Shown here piece after piece: positions 1 through 13,278 of a stretch of 64,000 bases of DNA. Position 1 is the stretch's first letter. Every line of letters begins with the position of its first letter. The DNA is from Mobula hypostoma (Eukaryota): assembly GCF_963921235.1 (NCBI RefSeq), contig NC_086109.1, positions 27,096,001 through 27,160,000 of the forward strand. The letters are read 5' to 3'. Under the pieces are notes generated by a model, which ran no database searches, had not been told where the DNA came from, and saw nothing but the letters and a program-made list of their open reading frames with translations. A program made the translations under genes and the position numbers.

Positions 1-940
1 GCCAGAAAAAGTGGCTCACCTGAGGACTGGGAGAAATTCAGAGTTCAGCAGAGGAGGACAAAGGGCTTAATTATGAAGGGGAAAAAAGATTATGGGAGAA
101 AACTGGCAGGGAACATAAAAACTGACTGTAAAAGCTTTTATAGATATGTAAAAAGGAAAAGACTGGTAAAGACAAATGCAGGTCCCCTACAGACAGAAGC
201 AGGTGAATTGATTATGGGGAGCAAGGACATGGCAGACCAATTGAATAATTACTTTGGTTCTGTCTTCACTAAAGAGGACATAAATAATCTTCCAGAAATA
301 GTAGGAGACAGAGGGTCCAGTGAGATGGAGGAACTGAGCGAAATACATGTTAGTAGGGAAGTGGTGTTAGGTAAATTGAAGGGATTAAAGGCAGATAAAT
401 CCCCAGGGCCAGATGGTCTGCATCCCAGAGTGCTTAAGGAAGTAGCCCAAGAAATAGTGGATACATTAGTGATAATTTTTCAAAACTCGTTAGATTCTGG
501 ACTAGTTCCTGAGGATTGGAGAGTGGCTAATGTAACCCCTCTTTTTAAAAAAGGAGGGAGAGAGAAACCGGGGAATTATAGACCGGATTGGACAGGCTAG
601 ATGCAGGAAGATTGTTCCCGATGTTGGGGAAGTCCAGAACGAGGGGTCACAGTTTGAGGATAAGGGGGAAGCCTTTTAGGACTGAGATTAGGAAAAACTT
701 CTTCACACAGAGAGTGGTGAATCTGTGGAATTCTCTGCCACAGGAAACAGTTGAGGCCAGTTCATTGGCTATATTTAAGAGGGAGTTAGATATGGCCTCT
801 ATGGCTATGGGGATCAGGGGGTATGGAGGGAAGGCTGGTGCAGGGTTCTGAGTTGGATGATCAGCCATGATCATAATAAATGACGATGCAGGCTCGAAGG
901 GCCGAATGGCCTACTCCTGCACCTATTTTCTATGTTTCTA
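1..940 (+). mobile_element. CR1/HER1-type LINE, internally deleted (pre-RT region fused to C-terminus and 3' UTR)
   Basis: ORF 73..600 has KSPGPDGLHPRVLKE and WRVANVTPLFKKG..NYRP, then jumps near 585 to GLDRLDAGRLFP..RTRGH..FFTQRVVNLWNSLP; ends in a TTTCTATG-type tail at ~926-940. Confidence 0.93.
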
Positions 941-3900
941 AGTATTGAATTTCCATTTGGATTAGGGATATAGAAATCAGAGTTAACTGAGGGGTTGATT
1001 TTATTTTTTAAACAAGATAAATTTTGTTAATAATAAAAAAATACAAGAACAAATCATACAAAATCTTTATATTCATGGACCATAGATTCGGTAGTGATAA
1101 CTTATTGTTTTAGAAACCCATAGCATCATTGCCAGTCATTTCCCTTCCTGGGGTGGTACACCAATACAATATTTAAGGGGCTTCCCCTATAACTCAGCTC
1201 CTCTCTATTCAATAGTGGAAGGAGAGCCATGAGGAGAGGAGTGGTGAATTTTTAACCTCTTGAAGGTGCTTCTCAGAGCCAGGCCAGTTTAGGCAGGTCC
1301 ACTTAGGTAGTGTTGAATCTGGCCACCTACGTTCTGTGAAGGTTGGCATCCACAAGCTACAAATTAGTGACTCTGAATCATGGAAATGACTTTTAATGGT
1401 GTGACATACAGCATTTTAGGCCATTGTTTTTCCAGTGTCCCTATGTGTTAAGGTTAGGTTTAGAGTTAGGGTTGGAAAACCAAAGAGTAAAATCCCACAT
1501 ACCATAAAACATGCATTAGGCTCTTTGTGAAGCATTTTCTGAACAAAAGCGCTGCTTCTCATTGCACATGCATTTTGTGTTATGTGACACAATATGCAGG
1601 ACAAAATCATTTTAAGTTACTTTTCATTCCAATTTCAGACAAGCTCTAATTTGGGAAACTAATACTTTGTAACTCAGATGTGAAATATTTTCATATAGGC
1701 AACGGAAGTGAACTGCGGCAATGCTAGAGGTTACTGCAACATCTTGGACAGGTACAAAAGCATTCTAAAATCTAATGGACAATTGGTCTTTATTCCAGTC
1801 AAAACGGATTAGAAGAAAAAACAAGGAAATGATGTTTCTGTTGAGCAGAGTCTTAACTGGACTCTGTCTGAGAACTATTCCCAATTTTGTATATTGTATT
1901 TTAAGGGTAAATTGGCCCTGAAAAGGCTATCATGGATTAACCAGAATTATACAAGAGCTGAAAGAATTTGCTTACGACACCAAGTAGTATAAAGTTGATT
2001 TGCATATACCGGAGCCAGAATCAAGCCTCACAGGAGTAAAATTCGAAAACATCTCTAAGACATGAAGGCCCACCCAAGGTTATGACATGGTTCTGTTCCT
2101 GAAAGCTGTACTCAACCAGAATAGTTCAGAAACTGGAAATACAGATGCCTGGAAATTTATTTAATGAAAATAAAGGCCTACAAAGGGCAATGTGTAGTTA
2201 AACTAGGGAATATAACTCAACCATTCAGATTTTTCTGAAAGATGCAATGAATTTGAATGAAGCAAATTACCACATGGCTGAAGATAACTGCAGTGCCATA
2301 GCAGCCGTAATCCATTCTCCCAAAAGTTCATCCATATATATGGACTGTACATAGTCAGATATTCATAACTTGGGGAGGACCTGTAGAAGTTTGCAACTCC
2401 TTTCTGCAAATATAAATTGATGCTGGATCAATTGTTAGTTTTAAAGCTAAAATTGATTAGATTTTTTGACTAATCCAAGGATTAAGGATTAAGGAACACA
2501 GGGAAAATGAGAAGTTAAATCACAGATCTGTCATGAATTTATTGAATGAGGAACTGACAAGCGGACTTAAGAACTTGCTCCTTTTCTTAGGGTCTTCACA
2601 AAATTGACAGGTAATCTTATGAAAGTGCTTTAAATTATGAAGCGATTCAGTGGGTTGAATGCAGGGAAACCAATTTATATTGATGGGGAAATCAAGAACC
2701 ACGAATTACAGTCTCTTTCAAAGGCATAGCTCAACTGTTTTCAAAGCTGCTGAACATGCAAGTGACACATCTTCTGACAATTAAGCATTGTGAAAGCATA
2801 CAATGGTGAAGGAAAAATAACTGTCAGACAAGTTCACTGATAAATTCATAATAAGCTGTTCCTGACATCTGATTTTGGCTTGAAGTCTCGTTTTGGATAT
2901 TTTGTTATATGATAGAATAAATAATTAAACTTGAAGATAACTTTTAGGCCCTGGGAGTAACGATGAAAGCAGGAGGATGAGATGCTATAGCTGCTGAGGA
3001 ATGCAAGAATAGTAAAGTGTTCTGAAGTTAGCTATACAAGTTTCAACATGAAGCAGTGGAGCATTGCTGTACTAAACAGGAACTACACAGCAGTGACTAC
3101 CCCATTATTTAACAAGATTACTGCTTGATTAATAGCACGGTGGTATTTAAGTCACTGATAATTATTATACTTTCAAGTCACATTACTGATAAAATGTCTT
3201 CTTGTCAAGGCCAAGAAGTGGAAGGACCCCATCTATTAGTATCCAACCCCTTGCAGCTGCCATAACTTGTGAGGTTTTTGAATGATGCAACAAAATGTCA
3301 TGTATCTTCTTCTGTCTGAAGAGGAAGCTTCCTACTAGCATCTGGTATTTATGATTTGGTCAATGACCATAGCTGAATTAATTTTACTTTTCATAATATA
3401 TTAACTGATATGGCAATTAAACATTATTATAGATCTGTAAGTTTTTAAAAAATTGAATAGGCTCTTTATCTTTCTTATTTTAGGCTACACTAAAGCTGAA
3501 AAGAGATGATGATAATAATACTCACAGTTAATTAGATGCTCAGTAATTTCTACTGACCTCACTGGAAACTGATACAAAATGGATTTTAAAAAAAAGGTGC
3601 CCTGTAGAAACTTCAATCTATTCCTATAGGGTGGGCTAGGTTACAGATACTGACCCACAGGTAAAATGTATTTTTGGTCTACCCAATGGTACTTTTTTAA
3701 AAAAGTTCTCAAACAATCATTTAAAGCACCATTTAAAAAGACACTGTTACCAGGCCCCTTCATTCAAAGCTGTGCTGCTTAAGGATAACACTGAAAAGCT
3801 CTCCTTTGATGCTGCAGGCAATCAAGTACAAAGCTGAGACCTCATCGGCCTGCCCATACAGGAACATACTCACACCACCAAAGGAACAGGCTGCACTCTT

Positions 3901-4667
3901 CCAGCTTCTGGAGATTGTTGATTACATCCATGTGGCCAAACCATTGATTCCTGAAGCCAGTGTGCATGCTCCTGGATGTAGGGAAATGTGGAAAGGCACA
4001 AGGAGAATACCTCACCTTTGGATGAATGGCTCTGTTGAAGGGGGCTGTGGAGACTATTCAGTGCTAGCTGTAGATGATACTGAAATATCACCAGGGAGGT
4101 CTCTGCTTGGAGATAATAAATGCTGAAAATAATATCAGGATCACAGCCTAACTTTCTTCATCATGTCCAAAGCTTTTGCTATCATATTAATGCATGCACT
4201 GCAAAACCTTTCTCCACAGACCAATCACTCTCTGATTCCCAATGCACTGATTGCCTCCCCTTTTCTCTCCTTTTCCCTATGTCTCTTCCCCTTGCCAGGT
4301 TCCTGGTTCTGAACAACCTCTCCCTCTTTCTCTGTTGCACTTCATGTGCCTCTCTGGAGTGGGCCTCTCCATCTCCTTCTCTCTCAGTCACAATGTCTCA
4401 ATCCTACACCCGACATTTTGTAATGTCCTAATAACATGCAAAGGTTCCATTAACTGAGAGTGGTTGCAAGCACTCTGTAAACTGTGTACAGTCTTGCATG
4501 TAAAGCCAATTTTACTGTGTTTCATTTACCCCTTTGCCTTCGGAAATGCTAACATTGGAGCCTCATGACTTCTCACCAATGCAGAGTCCGGTCATCTCCA
4601 ACAAAGGTGGCTGTGCCAGTTGCAAATTGCACAGCAAATTCAGTGGCGTGAAGGGGCTTAGGAGCCC

Positions 4668-6178
4668 CAGTGCAGGATTCCCTCAAGGTGAGCTTGCAGA
4701 TTGCACCAGCAGTGAGGAAAGCCAATGCAATGTTAGCATTCATTTCCAGAGGACTGGAATATAGAAGTAAAGTTGTAACACTGAGGATTTATAAGGCATT
4801 TGTCAGATCACATTTGGAATATTGTGAGCAGTCTTGGGTCTGTGACGAAAAACCAAGTTATCAGAAGATTGATGCTGATGAGAGAGATAAGAGTGACAAA
4901 AGGAGAAGTGTTCAAAATGTTAATGAGAGAAGAGAGAGATTAACAAAAAGAGATACAGTTCCGAGTATTGACGGACCAGTTGCTTTGAACCTGAACTGTT
5001 TGAAGTTTGATGGACAGGTGATACCCCAGCAGGGGGATAAAAGGAACAGGTTCGCTAAGGCAAGACAGACACCACGAGATCACGAGATAACGAGACCCTG
5101 GAAAAGCAGTGTGCCCCCACAAGTTGGTGGGAGTTTGGAGGTCTGGTTGCGGGACCGACCATAGACGCACAGGGTGAAAAGGTACGATCGGCAGGAACCT
5201 GGTGTGTATGTCCGCCCTTGCCTGGGTGCCGGGTTCACCGCGGAATAACGATCGTAACCGGAACGGAGGGGGTCACAGTCGGTGACCTCCGAAGACAGTA
5301 AAAGGGCTTGCCCGAAAGCTAACTGTGGGGAACATCAAAGGTCTGTTGAATCAAAATTTGCATTCGCTCTCTCTCTCTCCAACGGCACAACAGCGATTAC
5401 TGTGAACTGTACTCAGCTGAACTGAACTCTGCGTCACTTGAGACTGATCATTTTACCCCTAGACTGCGATAGAGCTTGATTGATTCCTATTATCCTAGTT
5501 CTGTGTACATGTATGTTTTATCATTGCTAACCTGTTGCATTTATATCCTTATGATTAGAGTACTGTGTTACTTATTTCTTTAATAAAACTTTCTTAGTTC
5601 CAGTAATCCAGACTCCAACTAAGTGGTCCATTTCTGCTGGTTTGGCAACCCAGTTACGGGGTACGTAACAGGTCCTATATTGAAGAAAGGACCTTGGAGA
5701 GGGTCCAAATGAGGTTTATGAGAAAGATCCTAGGACTGAATGAGTTAATGTATTGGGAGTGTTTGATGGTCAGAGCTTATACTCACTACTGTTATGGAGA
5801 ATGAGATCTCATTGAAACCTACTGAATATTGAAAGGCCCAGATAGAGTGGACATGGAGAAGATGTTACCAGTAGTGGGAGAGTCTAGGACTAGAGGACAC
5901 AGCTACAGAATAGACCATCCCTTTAGAATAGCGAAGAGGAGGAATTTCTTTAGCCAGAAGGTGGTCAATCTGTGGAATTCACTGCCACAGACAGCTGCGG
6001 AGGCCAAGTGTTTGGACATATTTCCAGTGGAAGTTGATAGCTTCCTGATTAGTAAGAGCATTAAAGGTGAGAAGGCCGGAGACTTGAGACAGAAAATAAA
6101 TCAGCCATAATCAAGTGGTGGAACAGACTCAATGGGTTGAATGACCTCATTATGCTCCTGTCTTATGGTCTTATGGTG
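4668..6178 (+). mobile_element. CR1 LINE 3' fragment interrupted by a solo LTR (4841-5670)
   Basis: KANAMLAFISRGLEY..VRSHLEYC before the LTR; RTRGHS..FFSQKVVNLWNSLP and a TCTTATGG tail after it. Confidence 0.88.
4841..5670 (+). mobile_element. Solo LTR, 830 bp (Gypsy- or ERV-type)
   Basis: Starts TGTGACG, ends CGTAACA; flanked by 4-bp TSD GGTC (4837-4840 and 5671-5674); AATAAA at 5582-5587. Confidence 0.88.
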
Positions 6179-7271
6179 TAACAGAAGGTCAGCAGATGCA
6201 ATTGTGGGAGAAAGACTGACCGTGTAACACTGAGGTGGGACTGGGTCAGAATTGTTGGTGGGGTGGTACTGCAGAGTCCAGAGCTGGGATCAATTTTTCA
6301 CGGTCACCAAGGCCTCAGAGATGAGATTTGATATTTTCAATTCAACAGTTTTTAATCCTTTTTAGGCCTTACTCAGAGAGAAGGGGTGGGAGACCTGAGT
6401 CACAGCCCTTTGCCTCAGGGAGCTGCTGGGGTCATTGGAAGAGCAGGAGGAGATGTTGACACTGGGTACCCATTACAGCAGAGCACCAGATCAGATACTG
6501 GCACTGTGAAGCGATTAGGTGAGAGGTCACGGTTCATGAGAGGAGTAGCTTAGTCCAAAGAGGGCTGCAATCAGACTGAAAGGGAAGAAAAACCACTGCT
6601 TGAGCTCTGTAGAGATGGAGACCAGTCCGTACTGCTGTCTCAGATGAGTCGGGTGAGTCCCTGGATAAAGAGATATCATTCTGAAATGCTCGGAGCAGCT
6701 CTGGGCCTGTTGGACCAATTGTATGAGATTAATATGAGTGTTGAGGAAGTCATAGCTGTGTTCTCTGGTGCAGAGTTAGGAGAACCTCCCCCTCTTTGGA
6801 AGTATTCCTCTCTGATTTGACACCAATACTGTGGAAATACAGGAGAGGGCAAAAGCTTTGGGCTCTTTTCAGGCATATTCCCAGAAATTCAGCACTCTAC
6901 TGACTCTGACTCAGCAGCAGGAAATCAAAGGAAGATGGAAAACCCAACAGTGATTGTCAAAATATAATGTTTGCACTGTAATTGTACAGATTACACAATG
7001 GTCTGTAGTGGTGGAGACTAGCTGCAATCTCAAATGAGACCATGAGCTGGACAGGATATGTCTTCTTGATGAAAGGAAATGAGGATAAATCAAGAGCTAA
7101 TTAACTACCCTTCTGAGCTCAGTGAGAAGTCTTGATAGTTTGTACTGTTCCAATCCTAAATATCCATTAGCACACTTGACTGCAAATGTTCTTACATGGG
7201 CCTCTTGATGAGGGCCAGAGAGATTTTCACACCTATCCTGTTGTATCATTAACACTCTCATGGAAAGCTAA

Positions 7272-8257
7272 GGGTACGTCCACACTATGCCGGATAATTT
7301 TGAAAACGAAGCTTTTTCTCTTCGTTTTGCCCTCCTGTCCACACTGAGCCGATGTATTCAGCCCCCGAAAATGGAGATTTTCGAAAACACTCTCCAAAGT
7401 GAATAAATCTGAAAACGCTTAATATCCGGTGTAGTGTGTACGGGGTAACCGGAGAGATTTTATGGTGTCATGGCAGGACCATAACAACAATGCTTTTTTC
7501 TGCTTCTGCTTGGTACTGCGCAAGCTGTTATAACGCGCAGTCGGTGTGAACGGCGTGAGAGTTAAACTGTAAAGTGAGTTTTTTTGACTATTTAAAAACG
7601 CTGTCATGACGTGCTGGAACAGATGTTCGTTGTTTTCTTGAACGCCACCACCTAACAATTTCAGAACAGATGGACGAGACTGAAGCCAGTTGACCCATAG
7701 TTTACTGAATAAATAAGTATTTACTGAATAAAAACTTTGCCCTGTTTTCTGTCCTTGCTTGTATGAAGGTGGTTTACCTATTTATGCAAGTACTTCTCTG
7801 ACAATAGATGTGTAACAGCCTAATGTAACATTGTATGGAAATACAAGATAACGCTGATGCAGACGTTTTATACATTTAACAAGGTGCTTTATTAATGTAA
7901 CAGAGTTAGTTTTTCAATGTTCGTCGTCAGCTGGGTCATACTGTCCGTGAACTCCCTGTCGGTTGCCTCCATATGCTCCAGTATTTGTTTGTTTTAAGTT
8001 TAATGTCCTCCTGTGCGAGAGCCAAGAGCAATTCCTTTAAAGTTTTTCTACTCTGTAACTGGACAAACGTGCACAAAGTATATCGTTTCCTCTTGGCTTG
8101 TTTTCTGTGTGTCCTGCGCGCATGCCCAGGAGGAGATTCGCCCAAATATCCGCCTAATGTGGACGGAGATATTTTGAAAAACGCTTAGTGTGGACGCCTG
8201 TCATTTTTACTCGAAACCGGCGTTTTCAAAATTACCTGGCGTAGTGTAGACGTAGCT
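7272..8257. mobile_element. Non-autonomous PIF/Harbinger DNA transposon
   Basis: Imperfect TIRs of about 37 bp (GGGTACGTCCACACTATGCCGGATAATTTTGAAAACG; right end reverse-complements to AGCTACGTCTACACTACGCCAGGTAATTTTGAAAACG); TAA TSD at 7269-7271 and 8258-8260. Confidence 0.88.
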
Positions 8258-8389
8258 TAAGAGAAGAGCATCCAAGAAGTTGCAGGCCAGGCTTGCAGAG
8301 TGTAAAGGCAGTGATAACGGCATTCGTATTTTGCCAGTGATGAAAATTGGACATATTCAGTTATGCTTTTTAGAAAGCTCTTTTCACAA

Positions 8390-8971
8390 TGGCTCAATTG
8401 AGGCTTTATAAGATATCAGTCAGACTGCACTAGGAGTATTGTAAGCGGTTTTGAGCCCCTTATCAAAGAAAGAGAGGCTCCAGAGGAGGTTCATGAGAGT
8501 GATCCCAAGAATGAAAGGGTTAACATATGAGGAGCGTATGATGTCTCTGGGTCTGTACTCACTGGATTTTAGAAAAAAAAGTGGGGATCTCATTGAAACC
8601 TATTGAATACTGAAAGGCACAGATGAGTGGAAGTGGAGAGGATGTTTCCTACAGTGAGAGAGTCTAGGACCAGAGGGCACAGCTTCAGAATACAAGGATG
8701 ACCCTTTAGAACAGAGATGAAGAGGAATTTCTTTAGCCAGAGGGTAGTGAATCTGTGGAATTCATTGCCACAGATAGCTGTGGAGGCCAAGTCCAAGAGG
8801 TTATATTTAAAATGGAGCTTAATAGGCTCTTGATTAGTAAGGGCGTCAAGATTTAGGAGGAGAAGGCTGGAGAATGGGGTTGAAAGGGATAATAATCAGC
8901 CATAATGGAATGGTGGAGTAGACACGATAGGCTGAATGGCCCGATTCTACCCCTATGTCTCATGGTCTTAT
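8390..8971 (+). mobile_element. CR1 LINE 3' fragment
   Basis: Encodes RTRGHSFRI..FFSQRVVNLWNSLP; CR1-type 3' UTR and tail. Confidence 0.85.
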
Positions 8972-9409
8972 CAGACACTGAACTGAAAGGATCAGACTTT
9001 TGCTGATAGAAGAAAGAAAAATCAAATTCAAGATAAGTAAATTTCTGGAATTCAGTTTTAGCTGCAGTACGTTACACTTTAAAACTACAAACACTTGATT
9101 GTAGCACATTGACTGAAGACTATTCCTATGGTGACACAGTGCCTTAAATGACCCTATGAATGTATGTATTTTGAAATGAGCATGCTGTTATGCGTGGTAG
9201 TCATGTTGTTTCTCGAAAGCTTTGCAGCATCATTGACTACCTCTTAACACCTGTAGAAAGATGTTACCTTTGTGGAAGCCTGGTATCCAGTTGCTTCATT
9301 TCCTCATACTCAACTTCTCCCTGCTGCTGTAACTCCTTAGATTCATCGTGGTATGTTATGGTGTGCTGGCTCTTAATTCTCCCCTTGCTCCATCTCAGCA
9401 AGCAAAAGA

Positions 9410-10105
9410 TAAGCAAGCAAGCAAGTTTACTTGTATAGTTTACTTCAAACACAAGGCAGTTCAAAATGGTTTACATGGAGCTAGACGGAAAAATCATTCA
9501 CCAAATTTCAGACTATATATAAAGAGAATAAAATCACATAAAAATTGATACGATCAATAGAAGTTACAGTCCAGGAGATTCTAATTCAAAGCTACAACAA
9601 AAAAAAATAAAGCCTCGATTTAAAAGAGTTTAAAGTTGGAGCAGACTTCAGATCTTCTGGAAGGTCATTCTACATATGTGGGCCATACTAAAGACCTAAA
9701 AGCTGTTTCACCATGTTTAGCTTTGACCTGGGGACAGTAAGCAAGGTTCATAATGCAGCAAGAGTTCTGAGATGTATTTTGGCCTAGACCATTCAGTGCT
9801 TTATAAACCAGTAGTAGTATTTGAAATTCAATCCTCTGATAGACAGGAAGCCAGTATAGTGATCTGAGAAATGGAGTGATATGTTCTACTTTCTTGATCT
9901 TAGTGAGGACTCCAGCAGCAACATTCTGAATGAGCTGCAGCTATCTGAGGGATTTTTTACAGAGACCTACCAAAAATAAAAGCATGGATGAGTTTTTCTA
10001 GATCTTGCTGAGACTTAATCCCTTTAACTCTCACTATATTTTTAAGATGGTAGTAGGTTGACTTTGTAATTGTCTTAATGTGGTAGTTAAAATTTAAGTT
10101 GGATA
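9410..10105 (-). mobile_element. L2 LINE 3' fragment
   Basis: Minus strand reads LQLIQNVAAGVLTKIKKVEHITPFLRSLYWLPV..LLVYKALNGL; L2-like 3' end with a (CTTG)n tail near 9410-9475. Confidence 0.78.
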
Positions 10106-11099
10106 AGTTCAGTTACTATAGTCACAAATTATACAGTCACAATAGTACAAAGAATGACGCTGTTGCTGAATACTTTGGAACATGGTCAGAGTGGTGTAGA
10201 AACTGTAGCCCCATATCGAGCTGCTCCTGATGGCCTGAAGTCACCTGATATGTTTGGAGATGTGAGCAGATATTCCTTTGGGACATGGTGTCCTTGAATG
10301 TTGAGAGGGAGCCGTGATTTAAAGTAAATAAGTTTCCAGCCCAGCTGAAACTTACCATTGAAAAGTACCTCAAAAGTTCTTTCACCAAGTGTCTTCTGAG
10401 AGAGTATAATCCCCACTTCTGAGTGAATATGTCTATGCTGAGAATGGGAGCTAGAATAGCAAAGTGAGTACAATCTATGGATAACTGCTCATTTGGGAAG
10501 GTTGTATTGGTAGTAAATGCCTATGATTGGAATACCTTTTCCTTTGGTCAGATGGAGAAATATGTGAAGTGTATGCAGGGCAGAAAGAATCAACAACTTC
10601 CCTAAAATGGAATATACAGCAGACTTTAATATGTGACATGTACCACCCTCTGTGAGCTAAATGAAACTGGAGCTAGGAAGCTGACAGGGAGGGTGGCATT
10701 GACTTTGAGATCAGTACAATCATGTGAGTGGGTTGATACTTGATTCTTTATAAGGTCACAAATGTGAGTGAGGGTTACTTTGTGCAAGTGTACCTTGCTA
10801 TAATGAGTATGGGTAATAGTGTGGCTTCCTGTGAAGCCTGGCTGAATGAGGTGTCAAGTATTCTAAGTCCATTGTTGCCTGCTTTCATGTGGGTCCAAGT
10901 GAGGTGACTGGAAGACATCTTTTCTGTTCCGATATCATGGAAAAGGGCTAGAGTGTTGCACATGGGCTTTATTAATCAGTTTTGATTTCAGCTTAGTTTT
11001 ATTTTATTTCTTACATCTAAGGGAGTAAAAATCTATGTTACCTCTCCATCGCAATGTACAAGCAATAAAGTAGGGAAATGTGGGAGGATATTTTATACC

Positions 11100-11745
11100 T
11101 CATTTCTAGAGGTATAGAATGTAAGAGCAGGGATGTGATGTTGAGGCTCTATAAGGCACTTGTGAGACCATACTTGGAGTATTGTGTGCAGTTTTGGGCT
11201 CCTTATTTTAGAAAGAATATACTGACATTAGACCGGGTTCAGTGAAGGTTCATGAGAATGAGTCCAGGAATTAAAGTGTTGCCGTATGAGGAAAGTCTGG
11301 CAGCTCTTGGGCTGTACTCCTTGGAGTCCAGGAGAATGAAGGGGCATCTCATAGAAACATTCCAAATGTTAAAAGGCCTGAACAGATTAGATATGGCAAA
11401 GTTATTTCTCATGGTAGGGGAGTATAGGACAAGAGGGCACAACTTCAGGATTGAAGGACATCCATTTAGAAGAGAGATGCGGATAAATTACTTTAGTCAG
11501 AGGGTGGTAAATCTGTGGAATTTGTTATCATGAGCAGATGTGGAGACCAAGTCATTGGGTGCATTTAAGGCAAAGATAGATAGGTTCTTGATTAGCCAGG
11601 GCATCAAAGGGTATGGGAGAAGGCAGGGGCAGGGGAATGGGGATGACTGGAAGAATTGGATCAGCCCATGATTGAATGGCAGAGCAGATTCGATGGGCCA
11701 AATGGCCTACTTCTTCTCCTATGTCTCTATGGTCTTATGGTCTTA
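11100..11745 (+). mobile_element. CR1 LINE 3' fragment
   Basis: ORF 11252..11533 with RTRGHNFRI..FSQRVVNLWNLL; TATGGTCT tail. Confidence 0.88.
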
Positions 11746-11749
11746 TATT

Positions 11750-11960
11750 GTTAAAATTTGTATACATAATTGTTTTGTATACATGTGTGTACAGTCAGAT
11801 AGGCAATCAGATCAATGTGTATTAATGAATTTGGTGGCCTGGTGAAAGAAGCTGACCCGGAGGTTGTTGGTCCTGGCTTTAATGCTGTTTGCCAGATGGA
11901 AGCAGCTGAAACAGTTGGAGGTTGGGGTGACTGGAGTCCCTGATGATCCTTCGGGCCCTG
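11750..11960 (-). mobile_element. Rex1/Babar LINE 3' remnant
   Basis: Minus strand LFQLLPSG..SIKARTN..SFFHQA, resembling the Rex1 C-terminus. Confidence 0.65.
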
Positions 11961-12482
11961 CTGTGTTTGAGAATGCAAGGAATATTCAGTCTTCATTGTG
12001 CACAGGGTAGATTATGAGTACATAGAGTGACGTACAGCAGTGTGACTTTATATACAGATTTAGAGTGACTGGCCTTTTGTTTTTGTGCTTTCAGTGTTAG
12101 TGAAACCTGATTCTTTTGTAAGTAAATAACTGTCATTTCTCAGGCCAATGGGGTTGAAGCACTTGCTAAAGATGACTTTCAGTTATTTGTGCAAGATTTT
12201 CAGTGCAGCAATACTTAATAAACTCAAAACATCACCCAAAAATGAACAATATTAGTGACTGATGTTAAGACATTCAGAAATGTGTACAAATTTGTTCAAC
12301 TGTCAATGATACAACACCATTAATAGGTTCATACCTGCAATGTATACGCAGAAAGGCATGCTCATGATTTTGCACCCATCCACAGTTTTTATGCACTTGC
12401 TATAATTTGAATTTAATGAAACACAGAAAATGCAAATTTATAGCTTTAAAGAATAAAGTCCCCAATTAGTATTTGACAGTGA

Positions 12483-12885
12483 AGTTCAAAAGTTCAAAGT
12501 TTAAATTAAAATTTATTATCAGAGTACATACATGTCACCACATGCAACCTGAGATTCTTTTTCAGTGGGCATACTTAGCAAATCTGTAGAACAGTAACTG
12601 TAAACAGGATCGATGGACAATAAACTGTACAAATGGAAATATAAATAAACAGCAATAAATAATGAGCAGGAAATAACAAGGTAATGAATCTTTAAAGTGA
12701 AATCATTGGTTGTGAGACCACCAGATGTAGAATGAGTGTAGTTATCCCCTTTTGTTTAAGAGCCTGATGGTTGAGGCGTAGTAACTGTTCTTGGACCTGG
12801 TGGTGCAAGGCCTGAGGCACTTGTACCTTCTACCTGATGGCAGCAGCAAGAAAAGAGCAGTCACTGGGAGGTGAAGATCTTTGAA
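12483..12885 (-). mobile_element. Rex1/Babar 3' end remnant
   Basis: Minus strand LFSCCCHQVEG-type (frameshifted LLPSGRRY) C-terminus, 3' UTR and short TTTGAAC-type tail. Confidence 0.65.
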
Positions 12886-13001
12886 ATACATGAATCTGTG
12901 AATTTTAATATTTAGCAGTTTTAGTAAAATGTTTGACTATCAGACCATAGGATATAGGAGTTCAATTAGGCTATTCGGCCCATTAAAGTTTCAGTGCAAA
13001 A

Positions 13002-13278
13002 GTTAAAGTTAAAGTCTGCCCTGAGCCTTATAGGCTCAGGCCGGGGCTTATGCCGGTTTCCATGGTGTGAAGCAACTGAGAGTACAAGACTCCACCCGGA
13101 TAGGATCACGAGGTTAACCCCTAGCATTTTGCCAGTACCCATTTTCAGCTGGGTGGACTGGAGCAATGTGTGGTTAAGTGCCTTGCTCAAGGACACAACA
13201 CACTGCCTCGGCTGGGGCTCGAACTAACGACCTTCAGATCACTAGTCCAATGTCTTAGCCACTTGACCACGCCCATTA
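13002..13278 (-). mobile_element. tRNA-derived CORE-like SINE with TSD
   Basis: Minus strand has A box (TGGTCAAGTGG) and B box (GTTCGAGCCC), then TGTGTCCTTGAGCAAGGCACTTAACC..CTGAAAATGGG resembling the MIR CORE domain; (ACTTTA)n tail; TCAGTGCAAAA at 12991-13001 and 13279-13289. Confidence 0.8.

Noticed and set aside
1000..1370. Tx1-like 3' end as a firm feature
   Set aside because: Only patchy similarity to ~21165-21230, too weak to annotate.
1446..1475. Interstitial telomeric repeat
   Set aside because: Only one exact TTAGGG among a few degenerate units.
3806..4126. Possible HARBI1/Harbinger nuclease remnant (IVDYIHVAK..LLGDNK)
   Set aside because: Only two weak motif echoes and no TIRs; needs an HMM search.
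9267..9395. Minus-strand exon candidate (..EEMKQLDTRLPQ, AAG|GTAACA)
   Set aside because: No good acceptor because it abuts the L2 tail, and the peptide is unrecognised.
13200..13275. tRNA gene
   Set aside because: The A and B boxes belong to a SINE head with body, tail and TSD; there is no full cloverleaf or pol III terminator.
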